A stretch of 64,000 bases of DNA from the human T2T-CHM13v2.0 reference genome, Homo sapiens: assembly GCF_009914755.1 (NCBI RefSeq), contig NC_060932.1; one strand, given 5' to 3'. Below are positions 26,620 through 39,044 of this stretch, in pieces; position 1 is the first letter of the stretch, and each line of letters begins with the position of its first letter. Below the pieces are notes generated by a model. The model ran no database searches. It was not told where the DNA came from and was given only the letters and a program-made list of their open reading frames with translations. The translations under genes were made by a program, and so were the position numbers.

Positions 26620-26830
26620 GTCATGAGTGCAAGGTGAAGATAAAATGGAAGAGGGAGGCTGAATAAATTTACACAAGTCCTCACTTATCACTATGAAGAG
26701 TTTGAACCTTGCTAGGAGTGCAATGAGAATTTACTGAAGAGCTTTAGGCAAATGAATGGCATAATATGATTTGCATATTAAACAGATTGTGCTGGTACAG
26801 GTGGAAAATGGATCAGAATGTGCAATATGC
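26620..26830 (-). mobile_element. L2 fragment
   Basis: gagtttgaaccttgctaggagtgcaatgagaatttactgaagagctttaggcaa. Confidence 0.7.
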
Positions 26831-28089
26831 AAGGACATTACTTAAGAAATTCTGGAAAGTTGAGCTTTAAGCATGTCTAAGCCCACCAGATTCTATTAAT
26901 ACCTCAAGTCCAGGTGGTGAGATGTTGAAACATTTCAAGTCAGACAAATAGAAATGATGAAGGATGGCAATAGGATACTTTGTCTTTGGGAAGTGGAAAC
27001 TAGAATGAGCTAGGGGGAAAGCAATAGAGGTTTAGAGGACCAAAACTTCCCCTAAGCTTAATTTTAATTAATTCATATTAGATATTTTCTTGAGGGAGCA
27101 AGGGAACTCCAGCAGAAACACAGTCCAAGTAGTTAATGCCAAAATCTGGCCCCATGGTCAAGACTTGGTGAGTTTAAACAGTAATTCAGCCAGTAATGAA
27201 AGCAGACAGAAGTACTAATCCAATGAAAGAAGACGGATATAGTTTCAGATTTTCCATTTGTAATAGAGAGTGATATAGTTCACCCAGGGAAAGTTAATTC
27301 TGCCTAGGAGTGACCATGAGTCTTAGAATGAGAAATAAAATCACATACGTAGCAAGAGTTTGTTACTGCAAGAAGAGTAGCAGTCAAGGAGAAAAATCAG
27401 AGTCAACTAGAAGGATTAAGATTTTGGCTTCTATTTGTTATTCTGGACACTGAACACGGGGTGTAGGGGTAAGAAATAGGTAGTATTTTAAGTGCCTTGT
27501 ATTTTAACATTGTGTGTCTCCATGTAGTTGGGCCAAAGGAGAATATGTGTTCCAATGAACTGTGCTTGTCTGAGCTTGTCAAAAATCAAAAGAGAAACAT
27601 GATGATATGTGAGGGCAGGATGGTTACTTGGAATAGTTTCAGCTTTTCTTGATAGAAAAAGCCTCTTGTGACCAGGAGCCTGATGTCTGTGGCCCCAGGT
27701 CTGCTTCAGCTTATGTGTTGTTAAGAAGTCTTTATGCCTTCCTGTGTCTGAAAAGCTACCATCTGTAAGAGTCAATAGGTTATTTCAGTAAAAACACAGA
27801 GACCAAAGAGAGGTACAATAAGTGAACATTTGGGAAGAGAAGAGTTGCACTTATCACAAGGAATGTCCTTCCAAATAAGAGCTAATTGTGAAAAATGTTA
27901 GTTTTTCTTCTGTTACTGGAAGTTTCATATAACTGAGTGACTGTTGCAGAGAATGTTACAGATGGTATTAAACTATCAGATTGCTGAGCTGGAATTCATT
28001 AATTTAAGATGATCTTAAGGCTCTAGTTGTGTATATTTTCTCATTTAATTTGTTTATTTGCACATTCAACCAATATTTATTAAGGACCC

Positions 28090-28511
28090 TCACTTAATCA
28101 GATTAGGATGCTGTAACAAACTACCATAGGCTGGGTGGCTTAAATAATAGAAATGCATTTCTCTCTGTTCTGGAGGCTGGGAAGTCCAAGATCAAGGTGT
28201 AGGCAGATTTGGTGTCTGTTGAAAGCTGTCTTCCTGGCTTATAGACAGCAGGCTTCCTAATGTGTGCTCACATGGCCTTTCTTTGGCTTTATTCTTACAG
28301 AAAGAGGGAGGGAGAGACAGAGAGAGAGAGGGAGAGAGAGAGCATCTTTCTTTTTTTGTAAGGACATTAATTCTATCATTGAACCCCTACCATCATGACA
28401 GAATCTAACCTAAATTATCTCCCAAAGGCCTCATCACCAAATACTATCACACTGGAAATAGAGACTTCAACATATGAATTTTTGGGGGACAAGAACATTT
28501 AGTTTGTGGTA
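28090..28511 (-). mobile_element. MaLR solo LTR, MLT1A/MLT1A0-like
   Basis: gctgtaacaaactaccataggctgggtggcttaaa...ttctggaggctgggaagtccaagatcaaggtg...cttcaacatatgaatttttggggg; TSD-like gaccc/ggccc. Confidence 0.9.
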
Positions 28512-30193
28512 GGCCCATGTATACTTTATATTTTTGCCAAACTTTAAAGATACAAAGAATTAAGCTTCACTCCATCTCTCTAGCCAACACCCTTGGGCTT
28601 GTTGAGCTTGGGATGTCTGTAAAGCAACCAAATATTATGCAGGCATTCAGACACTTGATTCTAAGGTTTGGAAAGATGGAACGGGGAGACTTGTGAATTG
28701 TCAGTACATAGATGCCCAATATGCCATGGGAGCATATGATACCACCTAAGGGTTGGGTGGAGAGAGAAAAGACATAGAAAGAGAGAGGAAGTACAATAAC
28801 TGAACTTCAGAAAATGCAAAATCAGGACATTGAGGTGATGTAAGTTGAACTATTGAGAGGACCCCTGTAGCAGAAACGAGGAGACAACGGAGCAAGGGAT
28901 GACCAGAGAGAGTGGGAGAGAGAGACTAGGAAATAAGTGAAGAACATTTTGAATCAGAAGGTAGTAGAGAGCTTTCTTGACAGGGATTCTGATAGTTTGA
29001 GTGAAATGAGGACTAAATATTGACCACTGAATTTGGAAACATTCAGATTAACTATGACTTTGACCAAAACTGCTTCTGTGGAATGGTAAGGGCAAATGCC
29101 TGAGTGCTTGACTGGCTTGGGTTTAAGGGAAATAGAAGTAACGAGGGAAAAGGAATATAAACTACTCTGTGAGGAACTTTGTGGTAAAAGCAAGTGAAGA
29201 AGTTAGGCATCAGCTGGAAAGATGTGGGAAAATAGCACAGATATTGTGAGATGGTAAATATTTTAGGATGTTTTTATGAATACAGAAAAGTTGCATTACA
29301 AGAAAATAGCAGGCAAGAAAAAGACAGGTAAATTGCAGAAGTAGTGTCCTTAAGTACACGTGATGCAATGGGATCCATTACACAAGTGGAACCTTAGAGT
29401 TAAATGCAAGCACAGGCATTTCATTAATTACAATAAAAATTAAAGCAGTATACATGCATTTTTACGTAAAGATTCTAGGATTTAGTGGTGAGAACATGTA
29501 GAATTTTTCAGGTTGTTTCTATTTTCCAGGGAAGAATAGAAGCAGCATCTTCAAACCCAAATTATGCTGTGGAAGAGATGTTAATATTTGAGGAGAGAGA
29601 AGGTAAAGAACAGAGGTCTTCCAGCTCAGAGATTTCCAAGTGGAGTTCTGCTAATGGATTATGAGTGTGCTATTATTGATCTCCTCAGCATTCAGGGCAG
29701 ATGGGTGATTCCTAGGGTTGTCAGAGTTCCCTTTCCTCCCTCCCTTTTCTTGTATCAATTTCATCATCATTGTGTCATTGATTTTTTGTTTGTTTGTTTT
29801 AAGTTGGGAATTGTAGAGCTAGGACATTGAGAGAATGAACCGGAAAATTGGATAGAATTGCTGGGAAGATCTAAGGAGATACATGAGAACAGCCAGTAAG
29901 ATTTTGTTTTTTTTTTCCAGTTACCAAATAAGTTTGCTTCTTTTGGTATAGTCATGGAGTAAGCAGTGACTGAGACTTAATCAAGTTTACATAGAGCCAC
30001 ACACATCCAGTAGTTGAGAGTAATGGAGTGGGGATATGTTTTGATGCTGTGTGTAAAAGAGTGAGCAAACTGGAGCATCTGTGGCAGAGAGTGAAGGAAG
30101 TAAATAGGGCATGGGCAGGGAAAAGGTGGTATACCATTGATTAGAGGTTCAGGACAAGTCAAGAAATTATTGGAGTCAAAGTTCTAAGGGAAG

Positions 30194-30668
30194 TGTATTT
30201 GTCAGGGTTCTCTAGAGGGAAATAATGAATAGGATATTATATATATATAATATCCTATAATTATATATTATATATATATAGGGGAGCTTATTAAGTATTA
30301 ACTCACATGATCACAAGGTGCCGCAATAGGCTGTCTACAAGGTGAGATGCAAGGAGAGCCAGTCCAAGTCCCACAATTGAAGATCTTGGAGTCCGATGTT
30401 AAACGGCAGGAGGTATCCAGCACAAGAGAAAGATGTAGGTTGGGAGGCTAAGTCAGTCTCATCTTTTCACATTTTTCTGCCTATTTATATTCTAGCCATG
30501 CTGGCAGCTGATTAGACAGTGCCCACCCAGATTAAGGGTGGGTCTGCCTTTCCCAGCCCACTGGCTTAAATATTAATCTCCTCTGGCAACACCCTCAGAG
30601 ACACACCCAGGATCAATACTTTGTACCCTTCAATTCAATCAAATTGACACTCAATATTTACCATCACA
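30194..30668 (-). mobile_element. MLT2A1/MLT2A2 (HERV-L) solo LTR
   Basis: tgtatttgtcagggttctctagaggga...(TA)n...tgcccacccagattaagggtgggtctgcctttcccagcccact...ttgacactcaatatttaccatcaca; TSD-like ggaag/gggag. Confidence 0.92.
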
Positions 30669-31697
30669 GGGAGTAATAAAGAAAAAGTCAGAGATGGGCT
30701 GCTTGAAATTAAGATCGTAAAGAGAGAGCATTTTAGTGACAAATTCTAAGGATGAACATAGGTTGAGTTGAGAAAAAATTGGGGAAAGTCAGGGAAAGGG
30801 GAGAAAATAAGATAACAGGGTGTTGAAATGATTGTCTGTGTAACTAATGAAGGGTTTCCCATGAGCATTTTGAAAATTAGCCTGGAAGCTCTGGTGGGAG
30901 ACGACAAGGAGTTTAAGGCTAGAACTCGGATGAGCACCGGCATTTAAACTCAGGTCAGTGAAAGAAGAAGCTATGAAAAAGCCTTGAGATAGTACAGCAG
31001 GCAAGATTTAAAGAACATGAGGATAATATGGTATACCTAAATCAAGAGCGTATTTAATTCCTGGAAGTAAAAGCAGTAGTATGTGTTAAACACTTAACAT
31101 AAACCACAATATTCTAAATAAGAGCTTATCATTCTGGGTTGTCTCAGAAGTTTCTGTTGTTTTATAGAAGACCAGGATGGTAAGAAAAATGAGTTTTCCC
31201 TCTGTGACTTGAGTGTGAATCTTTGGTACAGCTATTTACTAGCTATTAAAAAAAACCTTAATATTGTAATATTTTCTACACTGTGCTTATTGTGGGAAAT
31301 AAAATTAAATAATAAATGTATGAGCCTAATGGATGGGTAAGCATTGGATATCTAGCACCCTTTGGGTTCTTTTCTTAGCAGTTCAATGTATTTCCTATCA
31401 AGTAAATAGACCTGGATGGAGACATATTACAAATTCTATCATTAAAAGGAAAACAAATATATCCATACATTTGTTTTCACAAGCTATGTAGAATAGTCAC
31501 TGTATATCATGCCTATACTTGGGCTCTGAATACAAAAATCTAAATATAATTAAGTTTACAGCCCCAAGATCACCAAATCTAGTGAAGATTTCTTGCCTTT
31601 AGGATAAATAAGAGACTTTACAAATTTGAAACTGAACTCTTGGTATGCAACTAGCCCAGGATTCTACAGAGAGTGACTAGTAGTACTGGTTCTAGAA

Positions 31698-31914
31698 CAG
31701 CATTGCCCAGTGAAAATTTCTGTGATAATGGAAATTCCATGTTTAACATCTTGCTAATGAGGCTAATGAAGCCAAAGCTAATGAGGCCAAAGCCAGCACT
31801 AGCGCAACTGAAAACCAGATAAACTTTATTTTACTAATTTAAGTTGTATTGTCAACAATCACCTATAAGTAGTGGTTGCCATATTGGACAGAGTTGCCAT
31901 ATTGGACAGAGTCG
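31698..31914 (+). mobile_element. MER3-like hAT-Charlie element with internal tandem duplications
   Basis: cagcattgcccagtgaaaatttctgtgataatggaaa ... tagtggttgccatattggacag. Confidence 0.75.
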
Positions 31915-32334
31915 CTCTATAGCTGAGTCACCTGTGTCCTGACACACTTAATATTGCTCATCTTTATCTAAAGGGAGGAAGAAGCAAAATGTGACATCAG
32001 ATGAAGAAAACTGACCATATCTTTTATCCATATAAATTGCTCCCAGAGACTTCCCAACCTCATATTTGTCACTGTTTGTTTCTTTCAGTGATATCTTAAA
32101 TGGAGTATGAAGTTATAAGAGGTTGTAAGAGCCCTGAGCATTTCAGAGGTTTTGCTTAGTAAGCAGCTTCTACCACAAATTAATCAGAAAGGGGTTCTGC
32201 CTGGAAGTCACTGACTTTTATTTTCTCCTTTACCTCTTTCCTCCTTCCAAAATCAAGCTAAAATGTTGATCAACACATTCCCACTTGCTTCATTTGTAGG
32301 CTTATAAAGAAACTCTGGATAAGTAGGTCTGAGC

Positions 32335-32480
32335 TATATATTGAGTTGGAATATCTAAATTCAAGTCCTTTATTTCCAACCTGAACAAATCAGTAAGCCT
32401 CAGTAATTTTATTTATAAAATGGGGACAAAAACATCTACCTAAGTGAAATAAGTTTTGTAATAATGCACATATAGACACT
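32335..32480 (+). mobile_element. MIR fragment
   Basis: agcctcagtaattttatttataaaatggggacaaaaacatctacct. Confidence 0.65.
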
Positions 32481-33019
32481 TAGAAAAGTAAGAGTTAATC
32501 CTTGCGTAATGAATGGAATAAGTAAAACAAGCCCTAAACTGGAAGTCAATTATTAGAAATTAAACATTTATCAGAATAAAAGAAATGCCCTGTAAAATTC
32601 TATCCTTTCAAGTATTTAAAGTGGAAATTATGATGTTTTCAGAAATAATATCACTTTTTCAATTTACTCATGTTTCATGGCAACACACATCAGCCAGGTG
32701 GATGGTGTCAAGCTTAAATGTCAGTACTTTGCAAATATAGAAAGGCCATGTTAATTCAACCAAACCTAGAACTGGTGTGCAAGGCTCTCTGTAACTTGCA
32801 AATAGTGAGTCTCATCAAGTAAAAAAAATGTCAGCTTTAGTAGATGACATTTTCTGTTTTGATAAGACTAGCAAAAGCCATAGCTCTCATAAGGTGTGTA
32901 TTTAATTAAAAATTTAAATGTTCTTTTTTGTTGTAGATTTACCACATATTTCATCATGAATAGAAATAGAATTACCTAATTCAAAACGAAAGAAGTTAAA
33001 TAAGAATTATATTATTTTG

Positions 33020-35510
33020 TTTTATTTCATCAGCAAAAATTTATTGATCATCTACTAAATGCTCGATACTGCAAAGTCTGCAGATAGAAATGTTTATAGT
33101 ACATAGTTCCTGTTCTTTAAGAGCTGCTAGTGCAATAGAGGGAAAAAGATATGTAAATGACTATAATCTAGTGAGCTTTATGTGCAGGAAATGTGAAAAC
33201 TCAGAGAACAAATTCAGGGTGGGGAGAAGGTGCCACGAGGAAAGATTTTCCAATGAAATGTAATTCCTCAGAATATTCTCAAAGGTAGAGGAGGGCCTTG
33301 CAAGCTAAATGGGATTTAGGTAAAGAACTCAGCAAAGGCATGGTGACATGGGGACCAGGACCTATCTCTGTTTCAGCACATAGTCTGGAGTGTATAGCCA
33401 GAGATATTGTGGAGCTGTAGGACATAAAACCGCCAAGGTGAGAGTTGGGGCATTGGGGTTTATGGGGCGTGCTTAGAAGTCTTGTGTTTGTCTTATGGGA
33501 AAAGAAATATCACAATAGCATGGGAATTGATGTACTTACTCCTGAGTTTTGGAATGGATGCTGCAGCAGAGCAGAAAGAGACCTGAGACAGAAGGTGCAA
33601 GTACTAAGTAAGAAGTGAAACATGCTTGAATTAAAAAAATACCAGGAATGAAGGAAAGGAGGATAATTTGAAAAGAAGTTGTATTAGTTTCTTCTCACAT
33701 TGCTATAAAGAAATTACTGAGACTGGGTAATTTATAAAGAAAAAGGCGTTTACAATACAGCCTGCTCATGGTTCTGTAGGCCGTACAGGAAGCATGATGC
33801 TGGCATCTGCTCAGCTTCTGAGGAGGCCTCAGGAGACAGAATTATCGCGAAGGCCAACAGGGAGCAGACACATCTTACACGGCAGGAGAAGGGGCAGGAG
33901 AAGGAGCAGGAGAGAGCGAGGTGGGAGGTGCTACACACTTTTAAATGACCAGATCTCGAGAGAACTCACTCACTGTCATAGAGAAAACAGCATCAAGCGG
34001 ATGATGCTAAACGATGCATGAGAAATCCACCACCGTGATCCAATCACTGCCCACCAGGCTCCACCTCCGAGATTGGGGATTACGATTTAACATGAGATTT
34101 GGTACCGAAGATCCAGACCGTATCAGTGGTATAGAAGGTAGTAGTGAAAGACCTGGTAACTACTCAAGTTAACAGGAATTTTACAAAGGGAGAAATTGAG
34201 ACAGATGCTCAGATTCTCAGTTTTGTCAAATGAATTTAAGATAAGGGATATAGGGAAAAAAGCCCATTTATAAGAAACATGTATGTTCCCTCCTTCTTTC
34301 TTTTCCTTCTCTTTCTCTTTTTAAACTTTCTTCTCCCCCATTCTTCCTCTCTTTCTTTTTTTCTTTGTCTATCCAGGGACTCATGGTTTGGGAAATAATT
34401 AGTTTATATTTCTAAATATATTTGTATATTTTTGTATATTTGTATATATAATTAAATTTGTATATTTTTGTTGAGGGACCCATAGTTTGAGATATAATTA
34501 ATTGAATTTTGTATACTTTTGTTTGAAGTATCACGGTAAGGTCTTTGTGATATTTGTTTAGAGGGCTTCTGAAAGTTGAGCCTGGGGCTGGTGAAGGATA
34601 CTTTGACTAGAGACGCGTTTGAGAAAATTTCAAGGTTGCTGAAACTATGTGAGTATTTTTACTTACCCAGGGAGGATACTGGGTGAGTAGAAATATGATT
34701 GGATGGTGGAAGCAAACACATATGATATCTAGGTAAGTATGAAAAGGAGCTTGAAGAAGATTAATAATGAGTTGGTCATAGATGAAGAGGAAACAGCTGA
34801 ATGAACCAATTCACAGACGTAGTTTCATGTCTGTTAATATGACATGAGCATGTATCAGTAACACCTGATCAATGCATCATGCACGTGCACCATATGTGAA
34901 TGGCCAGTCTGAGAGCTGATCAACCCAGGAAGGAATAATTTGAAACAATGATGAGAGGGTAGAGAGAGGCATGCACAGGATTTTATGAACTATACACAAC
35001 CATGGCACAAAATTTAAGACCAAAAAGTTGGGTAGCAAAGGAATTGAGATGTGTATAAAATGTGCGGGGTGAAGAGAATTGCTCTTCAGTGGGACAGTTT
35101 GCAGAAGCCACGTAAAACATGGGAAACTAGACATTTCCATAGGACTTAGCAAGTGAGCAACCAATAGTAACTTTGGCAGAACAGTTCCAAGAGTGGTGGC
35201 ATCAGAAACGAGATTAGATAGGATAGAGTGTGCAAGTGTGTACAGCAGATTGTGCTTGGAGGCAAAGGATCCGAGAGCGGGGGGCCGACACCTAGCAGAG
35301 CCACAGGGTCAAGTGAGGTTTTTTGTGGGTTTCTTTTGTGTTGTTTTTCTGTTCATTTATTTTCAGCTAGGAGTAACTGGTATGTTTCTGCATACTTTAC
35401 GAAAGGAGTCAGTAAACACAAGAAATATAAGAGGAAACAAAAACCAAAGTAAACATATAGGGGGGCAAAAATGTTTGAGAAGACAAGAGAGGAAAGTAAT
35501 AAAAGAGATG
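33020..35510 (-). mobile_element. Degraded L2 (L2b/c-like) interrupted by an MST LTR
   Basis: ttcatcagcaaaaatttattgatcatctactaaatg (3' end), acatagttcctgttctttaagagct, later gtaactttggcagaacagttccaagagtggtggcatcagaa; includes some non-L2 low-complexity sequence. Confidence 0.65.
33680..34125 (-). mobile_element. MaLR solo LTR, MSTA-like
   Basis: tgtattagtttcttctcacattgctataaagaaattactgagactgggtaatttataaagaaaa ... gatccaatcactgcccaccaggc ... catgagatttgg...tatca. Confidence 0.92.
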
Positions 35511-35519
35511 AGTTTATCA

Positions 35520-35680
35520 CAGTGGCTCCCAGAAGAGGGCGATTTTACTCCCCAGGGGACTTCTGGCCAGGTCAGACATCAGTTTTGATCCTCTGAGTTC
35601 TGCAGGGTGCTATTGGCACATAGCGGTGCAGGCCAGGAAGGTTGCCACCCCTTTTGTAACGCACAAGGCAGTCCCTCATT
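35520..35680 (+). mobile_element. MER20 (hAT-Charlie), 3' truncated
   Basis: cagtggctcc...ggcgattttactccccaggggac...gggtgctattggcacatagcggtgcaggccagg. Confidence 0.8.
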
Positions 35681-37605
35681 ACCAATACTGCATGAAAGCA
35701 TGGCCAGAACATGGGCAACGAGAGCTGCATAAACCAACTTTGCTACCAGGTGATAGGAACATGCATTGTTGGGAAACAGCAGGCAGGAGAGGCAAGTGTG
35801 CCCCAGGGCCTTTATTTTCTGTGAACAGATGAAGTCGTCAGAGAGATTTGAAGGGAGACTGGAAGGAAACATGAAGCTGAGGGGCGAGGTGAGGGTTTGG
35901 AACATGCCATGGCGAAGGTAAGCAGGTTTTGATTGAAGAATTAAAGGATGCCAGGTATTTGAGAGTTTCATGGGTGTTGGCCAAACAAGCCACTGGAACT
36001 GACATCTTACTTGACCAAATCTAAACCAGAACCACTATGCATGTATTGTTGAGCAATACACAGAGGCAGTGTTCCCAGGCTGCTGTGTTTTACTTTGGTC
36101 CAGGCTGTCTCACCGCTGGACATCTCTAGAAGGGAAGGCTGTGAACTTTCCAGAACATGTTTCCAGGCTGTGCCCTTAGAGGAATCCCCAGAGTCCTGAT
36201 AAACCAGCTTTTCCGCTGTATTGCAGAAGTGCAACTCGGGGATGGGGAATTGCATTTCTTGCCACTGCTTACTGAATGACACCTTATCAAGTTCCTTGGA
36301 GTGGAAAACAACAATAACATGCTCTTCCCAATCCCCTTACTGGGCTCTGGGTCAACCTTAGCCTTGAATACAAATCACAAGATGGCTTAGACAGTGCAGC
36401 TGGAGCATGCTGGTAACTTAAAAAAGGAGATGGTCTTAAGAATGTGCTTGTCTTGTTTTTACAGAAGTTTTATTACTCACTTGGTGAGGAGCAGTCGTAA
36501 AGATGCCAAAGCCAAGATCTCCACTCTGAATCCTAATACATGTCATTTCAATTCAAATTTCACTGAGCTTGAGCCCTCTCTACTAACCTAAATTATTACA
36601 ACAATGCTATAATTGAGAAGACTTGGTAAAGCATAGAAAGGCTATCTCTGGATTGTTTGTTACAACTGTATATACATCTATAATTATGCCTCTAAAGTAA
36701 GTAAATAAATACATACTCCTGCCTTGAGTTAATAGACAGTTTTAGACACTAATATGAATGGTTTATTCATTCAATAGTTCAGCCAGTCAAAAACCTTGAA
36801 CTAATAACTTTATATTACAGGACCTTGGAGATAAAAATGTATTCAACACTTTATAAGAAACTATGAAGTTGATACTATGGCTATGACCCTTAGAAAGAGG
36901 AATAGAATGAATTTCATCCTGCCCAAGGTTATGTATCTAATAAGTTGTAGACTTTGGTGAGGTTTTCTTTTATATTTTTATTTGTTGCATGTTTTTGTGT
37001 TTCTGTATCATGCTGCTATCTAGCAAGGCACAGCGTAGCATCAAGTTGCTCAATGTCAGGTGAGGAAGGCAGCATTCTTATAAATGACTTCAGGTCAAGT
37101 GAAGCTACAATACGGTTTATATTTGAAATAAGCCAAGTTCTCTAACGAAAAAACTAATTCCAAAAGGGGGTCACAGACAACTTCATGAAGTAGATAGCTA
37201 TGTGATTCCTCTCAGCTCTGTTGAATATACAAAGGAAAAAAGCATGTTTGATCAGGCTGAAATAGTGAGGAAGGAATGGCACCCACTGGGGGGTGGGGGG
37301 TGATTGCAAATGGCAGAAGGAATCAGTGTTAAAACAACTATACTCAACCCAGACCCAAAAGGAAGCTGAGATTGGAGCGCTGGTGTGAGATGAAGAATTG
37401 TCTAGTCTCTGTTGAATCTCCTCTCCATTATAAACCGCAGCAATTTGGAGTGTGATTTGAAGGAAGTTGTTTTCTCTTACATTTATCAACCATGCAGAAA
37501 CAGAACAGACTCCCCCTTCATCTCCTGTCCCCCAAAATATCCATATTATTCATACTGATCAGACTCTAGTACACTGATTGGACCACATCTGCAACTGGCA
37601 GAAAT

Positions 37606-37632
37606 TGTGTGTGTGTATGTGTGTGTATGTGT
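37606..37632 (+). repeat. Imperfect (TG)n microsatellite
   Basis: Directly visible. Confidence 0.85.
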
Positions 37633-39044
37633 ATTTCTTCTATCCACTTATCCTGAGTTTAAACTGACCTAGACCTGGTTCTAAGAATCCCAAAAACAGC
37701 CTGGTAAGCTCTTGAGACTCAAACCTGTGTTTTGAAGTTCGGCTGTTAGGCTTGCTAATAATGATAACGTTCTTTGATACATTGGTCATTCTTCTTGCTT
37801 TAGGTACATCCTTTAAGGAAGCTTCAAGTAGGATTGGCTGTGGATTTACTGAAGATCAAGGTTACTTCTGCAATCATATTCCTAACTCCAGTTCAACTCT
37901 CATAATCCTTTTGTCCCCAAAAGCCTGTTCTTTGGTTTGGCTAAATTAATTTCAATCCTATTGACAGTTAAGGAATCTGAGCAAGTCACTCCCTTAAGGT
38001 TTATAGGGAATTCAAGATGGACAGGGCAAAGTGAGTGTGTGAGTTTTAAAAAATTCCATATGCTTGGGCTGAATTCTATTTCTCTCATCTTCTTTTTATA
38101 AAATAAATTTAAAGTGCCTTTTATCTACACTCCAGAAAGCAAAGTGTCTGAATGTGGCATGCCGAGGGAGCATTCCTTTGATAAAAGTTGGGATGGACAA
38201 CATTTCTATATTCAAAAAAGGAGAATATCTTCCATTCAAATTTCATTATTTTCTGAACTACAGTTAGAACGATTTCATTATTCTGGGCAAGAAATTTAAT
38301 AACACAGCTATCTCAGCACCCATGATGGTGAGCTCGGTATATGAGTGCTCAAATGTTCCATATGTTTGTCCTAAACTCATACACAGCTAGATTCAATTTA
38401 AGGGAAATGGAGAAAGACGCCTCTCCCTGAAATTCTCTCCATTTATGACAAAGCCCCATTACATGCTGAACCTCAGCAACCAGGAAGTAATGTTCCATAT
38501 CAAATATGATCATAGGGGAAGAGCAGTTTCACAAAGCAGCTTCGAGAGGACCTGCGTGGTTCCTAACATTGCCACTTGAGTTAGCAGCATTCCCACTCCA
38601 ATTCCTGTCACCAGAACTTGTGCAAACTACTGCATTTTTCTGCAATAATATGTCATCATTAACCATATGTCTTTCTTCCACCACTTTTTTTTTTAATCAG
38701 CAATTCACCATCATTAATTTTTAGTACCGTTTCCTGCAGACAGTTGGTTCCTATCCAAACGTAATGAGGTTGAGATTCGTAAAGTTCGATAATTGTCAGG
38801 GGAAGAATATAAGTGTAATAAAATGCAAGTTTCTTTTTTAAATGTCTCTCAGCAATAGGAGATGAGCTGACTATGGCCATGTCTGAGAGTTCTGTTTGAG
38901 TTGAGATTACTGGGGTCATAAGGAGACCTTACTTAGCTCAATACCAATCAATTAGTAATTATTTTTGACAAATGCCAGGAACATATTAATAATAATGAAT
39001 TTTATAATTTTCACAGAACATGTTATATCTGTAAAGAGTTCCAT

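Larger units (their letters stand above)
28040..31000 (-). mobile_element. Long degraded L2 interrupted by MLT1A and MLT2A LTRs, with residual RT-domain codons
   Basis: 3' end cattcaaccaatatttattaag at ~28060; ORF 28954-29193(-) reads HSGICPYHSTEAVLVKVIVNLNVSKFSGQYLVLISLKLS, resembling the L2 RT motif QSGFRPxHSTETALxKVxNDL...LxLLDLSAAFD. Confidence 0.8.

Noticed and set aside
28954-29193. ORF with reverse-transcriptase-like residues
   Set aside because: Short decayed piece of L2 ORF2; the conserved DLSAAFD motif is lost, so it is not a functional RT or retron-like system
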